This document shows, one piece after another, positions 34,517 to 50,109 of a stretch of 64,000 nt of DNA (its first letter is position 1; each line of letters starts with the position of its first letter). The notes under the pieces were generated by a model. That model saw nothing but the letters and a program-made list of their open reading frames with translations. It was not told where the DNA came from and ran no database searches. The position numbers were made by a program, and so were the translations under genes. The DNA lies in assembly GCF_009914755.1 (NCBI RefSeq), contig NC_060935.1; one strand, 5' to 3'. The stretch comes from the human T2T-CHM13v2.0 reference genome, Homo sapiens.

Positions 34517-35870
34517 TATATTTCCTGGGAGGGACCAGAGGACTCTCCCTTTATCTAGACAGAGACAAACACTTTGATGAGGAGAATACCAGCCTCCTTC
34601 AAAGGTGCTAAGTTGCAAAATAGCATATATGCTGGGGATGATGATGGAGATACTGTCATTGCATGTGTTCCTGAAGTTTAATGGGGATAATGAGATCCCA
34701 GCATTGACTATGTAGTAACACACAGACCACAAGTGAAGTGGACATTCAAGACAGCAGGGCCAGAGTAGTAGTCAGAATAGACTGACACACAGAGACCTGT
34801 GCCGGTGGCTAATTGACCGTGGATACCAAAAACTAAAATATACAGGGTATTGCATTAAGGTCCTATTTGATTGTAGAATCAGGGGGTCATAACTTTTCAC
34901 TAAATTCGCACACTAAAGTCAGGTGACTAGAAATACTGCGTACTCTGTAGCATATGACAGTGCAAGTTTATATTGTAAATCTTCCTCCCAATTTTCCCCC
35001 AAGGGAATTGTCATTTAGTAGAGTGACTCTGCACTGAGAAAAGAGAAATACCACACTTTCAGTGCTTATTACTGGCTTTGAGCTGATGCTTGTCCCTGGC
35101 CTTGGGTTGAGTGGGAATTAATGGGAGTCAGGAAACTAATGGCTTTTGGGCCCAAACCATTTCATATTGGGCCAAATAGATGCATACCCATCTGTAGCTA
35201 TCTCTCCAGGTCCTGAATGTATAGTTGGAATATATATACTCAGTAATAGGCAGGTTCTCCACACTGACTTCCTGACCTATTGATTAAAGACTGTCAAGAT
35301 AGGAAGGACCAAGTGAAAACTCCTAGTGAATCTTCTTCCCAACAAAGCAGTAAATCAAAACCAATGTCACATTTCTAGGAGAATAACAGAGATTAGTGCC
35401 ACCACTGACGACTTGAAAAATGCAAGGTCGATGACCCACCGGTGGGCTGGAATCAGCTAGTACAGGCTCATGAGAATTTTTATCGTTGTTATCACTTACT
35501 CATGAGAATAGTTACCATGAGATTTTTAACACTGCCTCACAACTTCATTTTCAGTGATGTCATGTTGGTAGTTTGACATCAGCCATGGTGGGAGTGTTTA
35601 CACCATGGCAATTGGCAAACAGTACACATCAGGGTGTATTTTTTTCCTTTTCTAAGAGCCAGTTTACCAGAAAATCCCTAGTGATACCTATCATATGCTC
35701 ATTTAACTTACCTCTTTGGCTTGTGCAGATGTATCTTGAACTTGGAGAATGATGGAAGATTATGTAAGAACAATCCGATTGTAATTTCAATTGTAGCTGT
35801 TACTCCAGATCTTGTCTATTTACTATCCATATCAACACCACTTCTGGCACCTACTATGAATCAATGGATG
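34517..35870 (+). mobile_element. Decayed ERVL internal sequence (gag end, protease, start of RT), split by MER63
   Basis: 35350 onward reads VNQNQCHISRRITEISATTDDLKNAR. After the MITE it continues VIPIICSFNLPLWLVQ..WRMMEDY, matching ERVL Pol [51 protein letters not shown]. Confidence 0.75.
35437..35680 (+). mobile_element. MER63-like hAT-Blackjack MITE
   Basis: ttcagtgatgtcatgttggtagtttga.atcagccatggtgggagtgtttacaccatgg. Confidence 0.6.
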
Positions 35871-35959
35871 AACACATGCTTACATAGAAGGGAGGGTGTT
35901 TGAAATAAAGGATAGTTATATTAGGTAGGAGCATGTTGCTACTGGTGTTGTTGCTTTAT

Positions 35960-36421
35960 TAGAATTTAAGTAGGGAAATAAAACTGTGTATTCCTATACT
36001 GCAGAGATTTAAAAAAAATCTAAAAATTTCCCAGAGTCCTTTGCAGATAGAGTTTAAATTGTTACTTAGGTCTGCCTATGAGAAACACCTGGAGAGACTT
36101 GAATTTGAAACCCTCCCTCTGTATCCAAAAGTTGCAGTCACAGCTTCCTGATTCCCATATCACAGCTAATGAGAATGTTCCCAGATTCAACAGTTCCAGT
36201 ACTGGCTTCCAGACTCTTCAGTGTCTTGACTGTGGTAGAGGCAGCAACTCCTCTGGGAGGTCAGTGATGAGATGTCCTGGATTCATTCCTAGAGTCTCAG
36301 TTTAGAGTTTGGTCCTCTAGCCCTTCCAGTGATTCTGTAAGCACCCAATTCACTGTATTAAGTCCTCTTCTGTTTATAATAGCTAGAATGGACTCTTATT
36401 TGCAACTGAACTCTAATATAC
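35960..36421 (+). mobile_element. Old ERVL-type LTR, probably the 3' LTR of the decayed provirus
   Basis: LTR33/40/41-like 3' end (ccttccagtgattctgtaagc...ttgcaactgaactcta.tatac). The 5' boundary is approximate. Confidence 0.45.
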
Positions 36422-36548
36422 CCCGCTTTCAAATGTTTCTTCTCCCCATCAATTTTCTTCTCTACCGTCCAACCATTTCTCATCTTACTTCCCAGAGATG
36501 AACTCACTACTCACATTTTAGGGGGGAAAACATAGACAAGATTATTTA

Positions 36549-36763
36549 GAACATCACGCTCTGGGGACTGTTGTGGGGTGGTGGGAGGGGGAGGGATAGC
36601 ATTAGGAGATATACCTAATGCTAAATGACGAGTTAATGGGTGCAGCACGCCAGCATGGCACATGTATACATATGTAACTAACCTGCACATTGTGCACATG
36701 TACCCTAAAACTTAAAGTATAATAATAATAAAATAAATAAATAAATAAATAAAAATAAAAAAA
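36549..36763 (+). mobile_element. 5'-truncated L1PA2/PA3-like 3' end
   Basis: ggagggatagcattaggagatatacctaatgctaaatgacgagttaatgggtgcagc...ccctaaaacttaaagtataataataat plus tail. Confidence 0.93.
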
Positions 36764-37002
36764 AGACTCCATCTCAAAAAAAAATAAGTATATTGAAAAG
36801 AATCATATTAAATTTGTAATTACAGTTTAAATGGAAGGGAATTTAATGAAGTTTGTAATCAATCTTTGAATATTAAAAAAGTTTCAAAATGTTGTTTATA
36901 GCTATATGTAAAATAAATAAATAAATTTACAAAAAAGAAACTTCTCAACTTTCTGCCTATCCATGTAAGGTCTCTGGACTCACCCCCACCTCCTCTTCTA
37001 TA

Positions 37003-37061
37003 TCTTTCCTATAAGAGTAACCCATCCATCTCTTTCTTACAAGAGTAACCCATCCATCTCT
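37003..37061. repeat. 28-bp tandem duplication
   Basis: tctttc(c/t)ta(t/c)aagagtaacccatccatc occurs twice. Confidence 0.85.
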
Positions 37062-37516
37062 GCTGTGGATTCCATCTTTTTCCATCTCCACAAATCTTCC
37101 CCTTTTCCCCTGTTTCTTGAACTTCTCACTCTTGTTATTCTGTTCATTCATTATAGAACACCACCAAGCTTTTCTCACAAAAAACAAAAACAAAAGCAAA
37201 AAAACTAAATCTTTTGTTTCCCTCTAGCCAGGGTCTGCCAAGCTTTCTATGAGAATCATCTATACTATTAATCTCCACTTCCTCCCCTTCCATTCACTCC
37301 TCTGTCCATGCAATTTAACCTTTGTTGCCCTCCTTCCACTGAAATTGACTTCGGTGAAGTAACCAATGAACACCTTATGGCCAAATCCAAAGATTCTTTT
37401 CATCTCTTTCCTTACCTAATCTCTCTGGGGCACTGGACAGCATTGTCTCTCTCCTCCATAACCATCATGACAACACATTCCCCAGGACATTCTCCAGAAT
37501 CATCTGGTTGGTCTCT

Positions 37517-37720
37517 GTCCAACCCATAGCCTATGGGCTGCATGCAGTCCAGGATGGCTTTGAATGCGTCCCAACACATTTCTCAAAACATTATGAGATT
37601 TTGTTTTTTTTTTTTTTTAGGTCATCAGCTATCATTAGTGTTAGTGTATTTTATGTGTGAACTGAGACAATTATTCTTCTTCCAATATGGCCCACGACGC
37701 CAAAAGATTGGACACCCCAG
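37517..37720 (-). mobile_element. MER30 hAT-Charlie MITE within L2 fragments
   Basis: cagctatcattagtgttagtgtattttatgtgtg...ccaaaagattggacacccc. Confidence 0.75.
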
Positions 37721-38947
37721 CTCTATATCCTTTGGAGGCTCCTTGTCCCACTTGAACTTTTCCTCAAGGAATGCACTTTTCCTCAAGGCTTTGTTCCTGA
37801 GCCCTACATGGTTTTTCCACTCTAATGGTTCGCCCTAGCCAACCTCATCCAAGTCCATGACTTCAACTACTGACAACTCCCAGGTATACATCTCTAACCT
37901 GGATTTCTGCCCTGACTTCCAGACTGTATATCTAACAACTGTCTACTTTAAGCCCAATAACTTTTGGCATGCGTTTCTACCTCAATCTCCCACAGACATC
38001 TCAATCTCAACATGTCCACATCAGAATTCCTCTTCCTCCAATATTTACACTTCCTCCTTAAGTGCTTTTCTTGTGAATGGCATCACTGTCCACACAGACC
38101 CTAAAACCAGATAGCCAGGAGTCATCCTAAGTTTCCTGTTTCCTTGTCCTTCATAAATACATTGTCACTAACAGATTTCAGTTCTATCACTAATACTCTG
38201 CAACAGTTTCTGTACTCTCTATCCCTACTGTCCTGGTCCAGCCCTCTGTTCTCTCTCTGTACTCTGCTTCTGCCCACTCACTAGCTTCTCTGAGTCCCTT
38301 CACAACCCCCTCAATTCATTCTCCACACGGAAGTCAAATCTGATAACATCACTCCCTTCCTTAAATCCTGCTACCTAGATGATCTCCACTACCCACCCCC
38401 TGAACACACACACACCCTACCCCACACACGTCTGGCAAGGCTTCCAGAATAAAGTTCACATTCCTAGTCCAAATACAAGGTGCTTCATGATCTGGCTTCT
38501 CTAACCTCATCTCTCTGCAATGACCCTGAAGCTCTACCTTTACCCACAAGAACATGACACATTCACCCACTCCATGGATTCTCCTCTGAATGGAACTCTC
38601 TTCCTCTTCTTTGCCTGGGCCGCTCCTTTGTCATGTTAGAGACTCAGCACATGACTCCCTTGAGTAGAGCTGACCACCCTTTCTTTGTGCCACCACTGTT
38701 TCGCATACTTGAACTTAGCTCTAATTTTACATTAAGCTTTCATTTATTACTGTGTCATAGAGGTAGAAAGACTTATCACAGCACTTGTTAACCTGCATTA
38801 CATGTTTTGCATATCAGTATTCTACCACAAGTCCAGTGTTCCTTCAGGGCCAAAACCACACTTACAGTGTGCCTGGTACAGAATAGGCACCTGATGCATG
38901 TTTGACGGAAGAATAGGTTAAGTTCTGCTTGGATTTCATTTGCTAGC

Positions 38948-39417
38948 TGTTATGGGTTGAATTCTGCCTCCTAAAAACAGATAAGTTCAAGTCCTAGCCC
39001 CCAGGACCTCACTCAGAATGCGACCTTATTTGGAAATAGGATTTTTACGGAGGTAATCAAGTTAAAGTGAAGCCATTAGGATGGGCCCTAATCCAATAAG
39101 ATTAATGCTCTTAGTTTTTAAAAAAGGAAAATGTAGACACAGAGACAGACATGCAGGTACTCACAAGCCCACGCACAGAGGCAAGACAACAGGGAGACAC
39201 AGTGAGAAGGCAGCGAGAAGGCGAGAAGGCAGCCACCTATATACCAAGGAGAGACGCGTTCAACAGACCCTGGCCTGCTAGCCCTCAGAAAGAGCCAACC
39301 CTGCCTACAGCTTGATTTCAGACTTGTAGGTTCCAGAACTGTGAGTCAATAACTGTATGTTGTTTAAGCCACCCAGTTTATGGCACCTTGTTATGGCAGC
39401 CCTAGCAAACTCATACA
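38948..39417 (+). mobile_element. MLT1B-like MaLR LTR
   Basis: tgttatgggttgaatt...gaccttatttggaaatagg...ttgttatggcagccctagcaaactcataca. Confidence 0.82.
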
Positions 39418-39524
39418 GTAATGATTCCTGTGCCTGAAAGTCACTTTCTTTCTTTGAATCACTAGCCAGAAGCTAGTAACTCCTATTTTCTTCCTGAAGT
39501 CTGTAAGCTTTGCTTTTCTAGCAT

Positions 39525-39625
39525 ATCTCTCTGTTTCTCTCTCTGTTTCTGTCTCTCTCTGCCGCTCTCTCACACACACACACCCCGCATGCACACACAC
39601 ACAAACACACATGCGCACATGCACC
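39525..39625. repeat. Compound (TC)n(CA)n low-complexity tract
   Basis: Imperfect TC run followed by a CA run. Confidence 0.8.
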
Positions 39626-41344
39626 ACAAGATCACAAGTCCCTTTCTCCCTAGAACTTCCCCTTTTCCTCCAGATACTTCCACTTCACCAGTTTCTTCTT
39701 TGTTCATCAGAGTTGGGTCCCAAGTAACAGGTCCCCTCCTGCTTTCTCGTCTTTCTGAAAAAGCGTATCAGGCCAAGAATTAAATCCACTACAATGTTTA
39801 TGACAGAATAGTGCACCCAATGGCTGTGCCAATGAGCCCAGCTGGCCTCTTGCCTCTCAGCTAGATTCAAGACTTCCTGGAAAGGACAGTAGCACAACAC
39901 TGGAAGCCAGGCCAGGAGTTGGGAACTCCCAGAGCAACATCCCCTGTTTCTCTTTTCTTCCCCACCAGTATGCGCCATGGTGCCTCCACTAGCTTTCATT
40001 ACATTAAATCATGCTACTCTCCTGCTCAAAACTCAGCAATGCCTCCCTATTGCACTTAAAACCAAATTTCAACTTGCAGAAGCCTCTCTTAGATTCACTA
40101 GATGCCTGTAAGACCCTCCCAGCCTCAGAATTTGGATGTGCTCAACCTCTGCTTACAAGACCTTTGCTCTGCCCCCCTTGCCCTCTGCCGGGCTAAGCTC
40201 AACTGTCAGTTTCTCAAAGCAGCTTTCTCTGACCCTTTATTAGCCTCTTATTAGATCCTCTCAGGGAAACTTGTTATCTCACCAAGGATTTGTCATAGTT
40301 TCTGCCTATATATTTATATTTGTGATCATGTGATTAATGCTTTTCTCTCTCACCAGACTGAAAATACCATAAGGTTGGACCCTTTTCCATTTTGCCCCCC
40401 AGTGACTCCCCAGTCCCTACTGTAGTGTGCATGGCATACAGCAGAGACTCAATAAATATTTCTTTAAATAAATGAATGAACTTAGTTTTACTCTTTGACC
40501 CACTGCAATGACACCAATTTATTTGCATGAAGGGAATTCCTACTACCATAGAATTCTTGTCAAAAGCCTCATCCAACCAAGTCTTGGTGAAGACTTTGCA
40601 TTCCTACCAGCCTCATGTTACAATTTCAACTTTATATCATTTATTAGATTATTGTATTGGTCAGGGTCCAGGCGGAGGCAGACGGCACTCTCAGATGGGT
40701 AACTGCAGAGAGTTTAATAAAGGAACTGGTTAAGTGGTGTGTTCAGGGCTAAGGGAAACCAGCAAGGGATGGAGCTAGCAACAGTGGGATCTGTTACTAT
40801 GCCAACACCCGAAGGTGGAAGAAGAGGGGTAGATACCAGACTGAGAAGAGTTGCCACAGCAGAGCCCAACATGATGGGAGCTGTGGTCTCAGAAGAGAGA
40901 TGCAGCCAGCATAAGGAGACCCAGCTGGGAGGCAGCCAGAAAATAAATATCCTGACTTCACTCTCCTCCCACTTTCCAGTCTCCTGCTGGTTGACTCTGA
41001 TTGGTTGAACCCCATCAAAGCCAGAAGCCCTGAGAGCCCTTTGATGGATCCATAAAGATCAGCCTCCAGGGCCTGGGGCAGACCAGTCAGTAGATGGCCC
41101 GAAGATCCAGAGGAGAAAGTAAAGGTGTCCAGCCCCACACTAAGACCACAGAAATATCGTTATTGCTGCTGCTTCTATTTTTCAGGGATGCCAGGCTTGT
41201 TTTCAACAATATCCAATTATCATGGAAGACAGGTATTCATCCTTTCTGCTTTCTCTCAAATTTCAGTTTTTAGTTATGTTGATCAGGTGAAAAATTTTCC
41301 TGTCAAGCATCATCATCATGTTCCCCTTCAGATGTACTCATTTA

Positions 41345-41655
41345 AAAAAGATTTATTATTATTATTTTTATTTTGTGGGTACATAGTAGGTATATTTATT
41401 AATGGGCTTCATGAGATGGACGTTTTGATACAGGCATACAATGTGAAATAAGCACATCATGAAGAATGGGGTATTCATCCCCTAAAACATTTATCCTTTG
41501 AGTTACAAACAATCCTATTACATTCTTTGAGTTATTTAAAAATATAAAATTAAGTTATTATTGACTACAGTCACCCTATTGTGCTATCAAATAGTAGGTC
41601 TTATTCATTCTTTCTAGTTTTTTGGTAGCCATAAACTATCCCCACCTCCCCCTCA
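41345..41655 (-). mobile_element. L1MA-type 3' end fragment
   Basis: ttttgtgggtacatagtaggtat...ttttgatacaggcat...gagttacaaacaatcc. Confidence 0.75.
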
Positions 41656-41724
41656 GGATATACTCTTTTCCTGGTAGAAAGTTCATTTGTTATCACGGAA
41701 GTCTTTGTTCAGAAGACCCAGCTC

Positions 41725-44130
<2,406 letters not shown>

Positions 44131-46769
44131 TACTGGCTCTGACCTTTAACACTAGCTGACCACTCCCAGTGGTTTGCTTTCTCTGTCAGAGTTACTCCAT
44201 ATAAGAGTAAGATGCGAGTGCTATTTGGTCTTGCCTTCAAGCCCCCAACTCACCCCCTGCAATTCCTGTGGCTTCCCAGGGCTTCCTAGTTACAAGGTTC
44301 CATTGGGAGGTAAATACTCTCCATTCCCCAGGTATCTCCCTAGGGCCCAAACTACGCAATCCCACGGGATCCTGCCTCTCAGGGAAGTAGGCCCACACAA
44401 TTCTTGCTCTTGCTCTGAGGAGCAGACCCCCTCATGCAGGAATAGACACCCTCATGCATTTCTTCATCTCTGGGATTCTGGGGTTCAATTAGCTCTGTCT
44501 CCTTATCTCCATCTCATTTACCTGGCTCCCTGATACCATACTCAAGCACCACCTCACCTTTCTCTCACATGACATTAGTGCTCAGTGCTTTTTGCTTCAG
44601 ACCAACCACTCTGATGTGGAGCCTATTGGCTATGGAACATCCTGACCCATATGGCCATAGGTTGAATGTGCCCTCTCTCTCCATGTTCTAATATATATAA
44701 TTTCCTGTTATAAATATCTTATAAACAGCTGTCTAAGAAGTTCTAAATTGTTGCTGAATACCCCATACTACTTCTTCCCTCATTTCTCAAACCTGATCTC
44801 CTCTGCCTTCCTCGGCGGCAGCTCCACGTCCTTTTCCTCACTTTCAGAGAGACTGTGTCCTCCTCCTTCGTGCCCTCGCCCAGTGGGTCTGCAGGGGAGG
44901 GAGGGATGCAGGTACTGGGATCTCCTTGCCTCCCAGCCCAGCAGATGCTCAGACTGTTGTACAGGAGAATGGTGCATCTTAGAGGAGCACCCATGGATGA
45001 TGGTCCCCATCACAGACTAGTGGGTGAGAACAGGTCTCCAAAGCAGGAAGCCCCATTGCCCAGGCTACAGTGTTCAGGGCTCAGAAGAATGTAGGATGGG
45101 AGGGGGCCAGGTAAGGGTGGCTGCCTTGCTCTTCAGCTGAACAAGGGATACCCAGGGCCCCTTCCCAGCACCCTTCCTTCAGGCCTGCTTGGTTTCCTGT
45201 GCTTTCACTAGGATGGATTTTTTTTTCTCCCCTCTAAATATATTAAACATTAAAAATAACAAGCCAAATCCTGAAATCCAAACACAATAAAAAGCAAAGA
45301 CATCAGGAAAAATAACAAGGGATAAAAGCTCTCAATCCAAGCCACAGACAAGAACCAGCTCTGACGTCCTTGGGTGCCCGAGGGGTTAACCCTCTGCTGC
45401 CCGCGGGAAGCCACCTCCTGCGCTCTGCCTCTCTCCTCGTCCTCTTCCCCTGCTCACTTTCAGAGGAGAGAGGGATGGTTGTTTGCCTTCAGTCGGGCTA
45501 TAGATAGATGGATTTAGTTCTCTATTTTTGCCAGACCTGCATACGCTCACCTCCACCCCACCTCACCACCCTCAAACCTTTTGTCTCAGCGCTTCCTTCC
45601 TAAACTAGAGTCAAAGACATTTCCCTGGTGAAGCTGAACCATAAGCCAGACTGCTCTGGGGGCAGAATGAGATGGACGCCTTGGGTGTGTTTCTCACCAC
45701 CACTTGCCTTCTTTCTTACACAGACTCTCCCCATGAGACAGTCACAGTGTCTTCTGCGTTCCATCTTTGTGCCATCATTGACAGCTTTTGTTGTTATGTA
45801 GACACGAAGCAGTGGACAAAGGACCCCAGATGATGTAAGCCACACCTCCTTACCTCCTCTGAGAGCCGAAGCGAGGCTCCTCCAAGGAAAAGAGGGCAGG
45901 GACTCCTTTTAGAGCCCCCATTTTCTAAACCAGATGCTAAGGCAGGAGTGCAGCTTACCAAAGGCAGCATTTTCACCACTCCATTAAAATTTCATTTGTC
46001 TCCATTTTGAAACAAAAGGGAATTTGGGTTGAGGCTCCCAATCCCCCACACCACAGCACTGTGAGATAAGAGGGGCAGAAATCAAGCAGCACACTAGACA
46101 TTTCTGGACAAAATCTGGCTAAAGATACTCAAACCCCCCATGCCAGAGGCACCCCCAGTAGATCTCTTACACCAGCCAGGAGCCAGGTGATCCCTGAATT
46201 GCTGTGAGTTCCGGGGTGAAGCCTGAACGAAACCATACACTAGATGGGGAATAAGACGTTACTCCTGGGACTGTGAACAGAAGCACTTTGAAAAGAGACC
46301 TTTCTCAGGCCTGAAGTGGTTATCACTGAAGACATGGTTCAGGATCAGCTTGTCTGCCCAAGTCCCATGGGTGGGGGTGTCTCATAAATAGAGAAAGGGG
46401 ATGTGGAAAAGGAGAGGAATACAGACACCAGTAGTTTCTTCAAAAGCCTCTGTTAGAACGTAAAGCACAAAAAAATATTCATTTATGCTTTTAAAACACA
46501 TCAACTGCATTCTAGTCACTTGTCCTTGGAGATGCATCAGTGACAGCAACAGACACAACCCTTGTCCGTAGGGATGTTACAGTCTGGTGTGAAAGACCAT
46601 GCACCAAGGACCTAGCTTCCAGCTTTAGTTTCCTTTGCAGAGCTGCTAACTCAGTTTCTGCATCTATAAAATGGAAGTGCCAGGTGCTCTTTATTGCCTC
46701 ATAGAGCTTCCAGAAGAAAAAAAAGATGGAAATTTATTGTTTAATTTGAATTAAAATATAACAGGAGAT

Positions 46770-47270
46770 GTATACCCCCAAAGAATTGAAGGCAGGACTC
46801 AAATAAATACGTGTACACATGTTCATAGCAGCATTTTTCACAATAGCTAAACAGTGGAAACAACTTGTGTTCATGGAAAAATGGATGGATAAGCTAAAAT
46901 ATGGTATATCCATTCAGTGAAATACTAGTCAGCCTTAAACAGGAAGGAAATTCTGACATATACTAGGACTTGGATGAATCTTGAAGAAATCATGCTAAAC
47001 AAAATCAGTCAGACATGAAAGGACAAACATTGTATGATTCTTCTTAGATGAGGTTCCTAGAACAGGCAAATTCATAGAAACAAAAAATAGAATGGGGGTT
47101 ACCAGGAGCAGAGGGGAAGGGGAAACAGAGAGTTATTGTTTAATGGGTAGAGTTTGTTTGGGATGAAGAGTTCTGGAAATGATAGTGGTGATGGCTGTAC
47201 AATATTGTGAATGTGCTTAATACCACTGGATTGTACATTTTAAAATGATAGATATTGTTATGTATATTTT
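46770..47270 (+). mobile_element. L1MB-type 3' fragment
   Basis: catgttcatagcagcatt...aggaaggaaattctgaca...gatagtggtgatggctg. Confidence 0.75.
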
Positions 47271-47819
47271 ACACACACATTGTATTTATGTGCATGCATA
47301 TATACATATATATAACCACTTAAAGCCCAGCTAAGTATTCTAGAGTTTCTAGTATGAATAACAACGCTTAGCAAGGAGTAGGTGTGCAGGGACTGTTTAG
47401 TGAATGGCTCTGTGCCACGAGTCAGATCTCTATCCCAGAACACAAGTCCAGGCTCTCAGAATAAGGAAAGATCAGATTGGATCAGATTACCCTAGAAATA
47501 ATGTCATCTGATCAAGCCTCCCAGCCACTGTTCAAATCTTAGGCAGTGCTACAAATTTAAAAACACAGAGGCACCAGTTGAGTCCTATAAGAGAGAGAAG
47601 AGACTCTAGAAGAGGGCATAAGACATAGCTACATGTAAAATGAGTTCTGTCTTCAAAGAGTGGCCACAGCTGAGCTCCATTATTCATATAATGTAGGTTC
47701 AGTGTGGCCAGATCTTCAAATTCTGCAAAAATAAACCCAAAATCAAGAATTTTAAAGCAAAAAATCTAATCTGTTGGCGACTCATTAAAATCTTTTAAAA
47801 AATACATTGCAGTCCAACC

Positions 47820-48192
<373 letters not shown>

Positions 48193-48294
48193 TTATAAAC
48201 TCTGTTCTTCTAGATATATGAGTGTTCAGGGTTTGCCTGAATGTTTCTGATGACAGAGGAACTAATTACTTACTAATATTTTGATAAATGCTAC

Positions 48295-48625
48295 TTCTTT
48301 TTTTCTTTTTCTTTTTTTTTTTTTTTCTGAGACGGGGTCTTATAGGGTCTTACTCTGTCACCCAGGCTGGAGTGCAGTGGTATGATCACAGCTCACTGCA
48401 GCCTTGACCTCCTGCTGGGCTCAAGCGATCCTCTCACCTCATCCTCCAACAAAAAGCTGGGACCACAGGCAGGTGCCACCACACCAAGCTAATTTTTGAG
48501 TTTTTTGTAGAGACAAGGTTTCACCATGTTGCCCACGCTGGTCTCAAACTCCTGAGCTCAAATGATCTGCCGGGTTCGGCCTCCCAAAGGGCTGAGATTA
48601 CAGGCATTAGCCACCACACCTGGCC
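48295..48625 (-). mobile_element. AluJ
   Basis: J-type phrases (gatcacagctcactgcagccttgacctc; ctcctgagctcaa). Confidence 0.88.
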
Positions 48626-48834
48626 AATAAACACTAATTCTTAGGAAGATCTTGTCGTAAATAAAAAATCTACCTTCTTGTAACTTCCTCTCACTGTGTT
48701 CCTGTACCCCCCAACATCCACTTGTCATCCTAAATAAGAGAGCAGTTACATCCCTGTGTGGTAAGTGCCATTTTCCTCCCTGGAGTCTGAGTTATTTGAG
48801 GACAGTGGTTAGTCTTTCATCTCAAAGTAAGGAT

Positions 48835-49085
48835 AATAATAGCCAACATTTATTGAGCACCTATGTGCCAGACACTATTCTAAGCACTTTATAAGCATTA
48901 ACTCATTTACCCCTTATGAGAGCCCTATGAGAGAGGCCTTATTATAACATATTTCATAGACAAGAGGATGATGGACAAGAGATGCTAAATAGGTTGTTCA
49001 AGGTCACACACCTAGTAAGCAGCAGAGCCAGAATTGGAACACAGACAGCCTGGCTCAGTGGTGATTCTCATAACACTGCAGTACT
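48835..49085. mobile_element. MIR
   Basis: catttattgagcacc...tgccagacactattctaagcacttt...caaggtcacaca.ctagtaag. Confidence 0.65.
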
Positions 49086-49416
49086 TACGGCGACTGTCAC
49101 ACTCATTCAGTAATTGTCTGTTGATGTGAAATTAAGGGAAACAATACCAGTTCTTTCTTCTGGAGCCACAAAATGAACAGGTTTTCACAACACCAACATT
49201 AGAGATGGATTCCACCATACGAAAAGATGTAAAAAGGAGAAAGGAGAAAGGATGGCCTTTAACAGTAGTCGTGAAGCATCAAGTTAGACACTAAGCAGAG
49301 TGTCCTGATGTTGACGGCTTTGAGCCACTGGAATAGAGAATATAAAGTTGTTCTTTCTTACTTTGGAGATCCATTTACCTGAAGCTGTCCAGAGGCATGC
49401 ATTACAAAGAAATGTG

Positions 49417-49730
49417 GGCTGGGCATGGTGGCTCCCACTTGTAATCCCAGAACTTTGGATGGCGGAGGCAGGAAGATCACTTGAGGCCAGAAGTTCAAAA
49501 ACAGCCTGGGCAACATAACAAGACCCCTGTATCTACAAAAAAAATTAAAAATTAGCCAGCTGTGGTGACACATGCCTGTAGGCCTAGCTACTCAGAAGGC
49601 TGAGGTAGGAGGATGGCTTCAGCCCAGGAGTTCAAGGCCACAGTGAGCTATGATCACATCACTGCATTCCAGCCTGGGTGAGAGAGCAAGACCCAGTCTC
49701 TAAGAAAAAAAAGAAAAAGAAAAAGAAAGC
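49417..49730 (+). mobile_element. AluJ
   Basis: Diverged full-length Alu with J diagnostics. Confidence 0.88.
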
Positions 49731-49917
49731 AATGTGACTCCTGAGAAGCTGGACTTCAAATTCCTACTCCTCACGGGTTCCCCCACAGAGCCTAGAAGAG
49801 TGGTCTTCTGAGCATATGCACTTACTGGTCTCATGCCATGTTGTATCACAGATCAAGGTAATTGGGGGCAAAGAGACCAGATTCACAGGTAAAATCCTGT
49901 ATTCTAAAATATAACTA

Positions 49918-50109
<192 letters not shown>

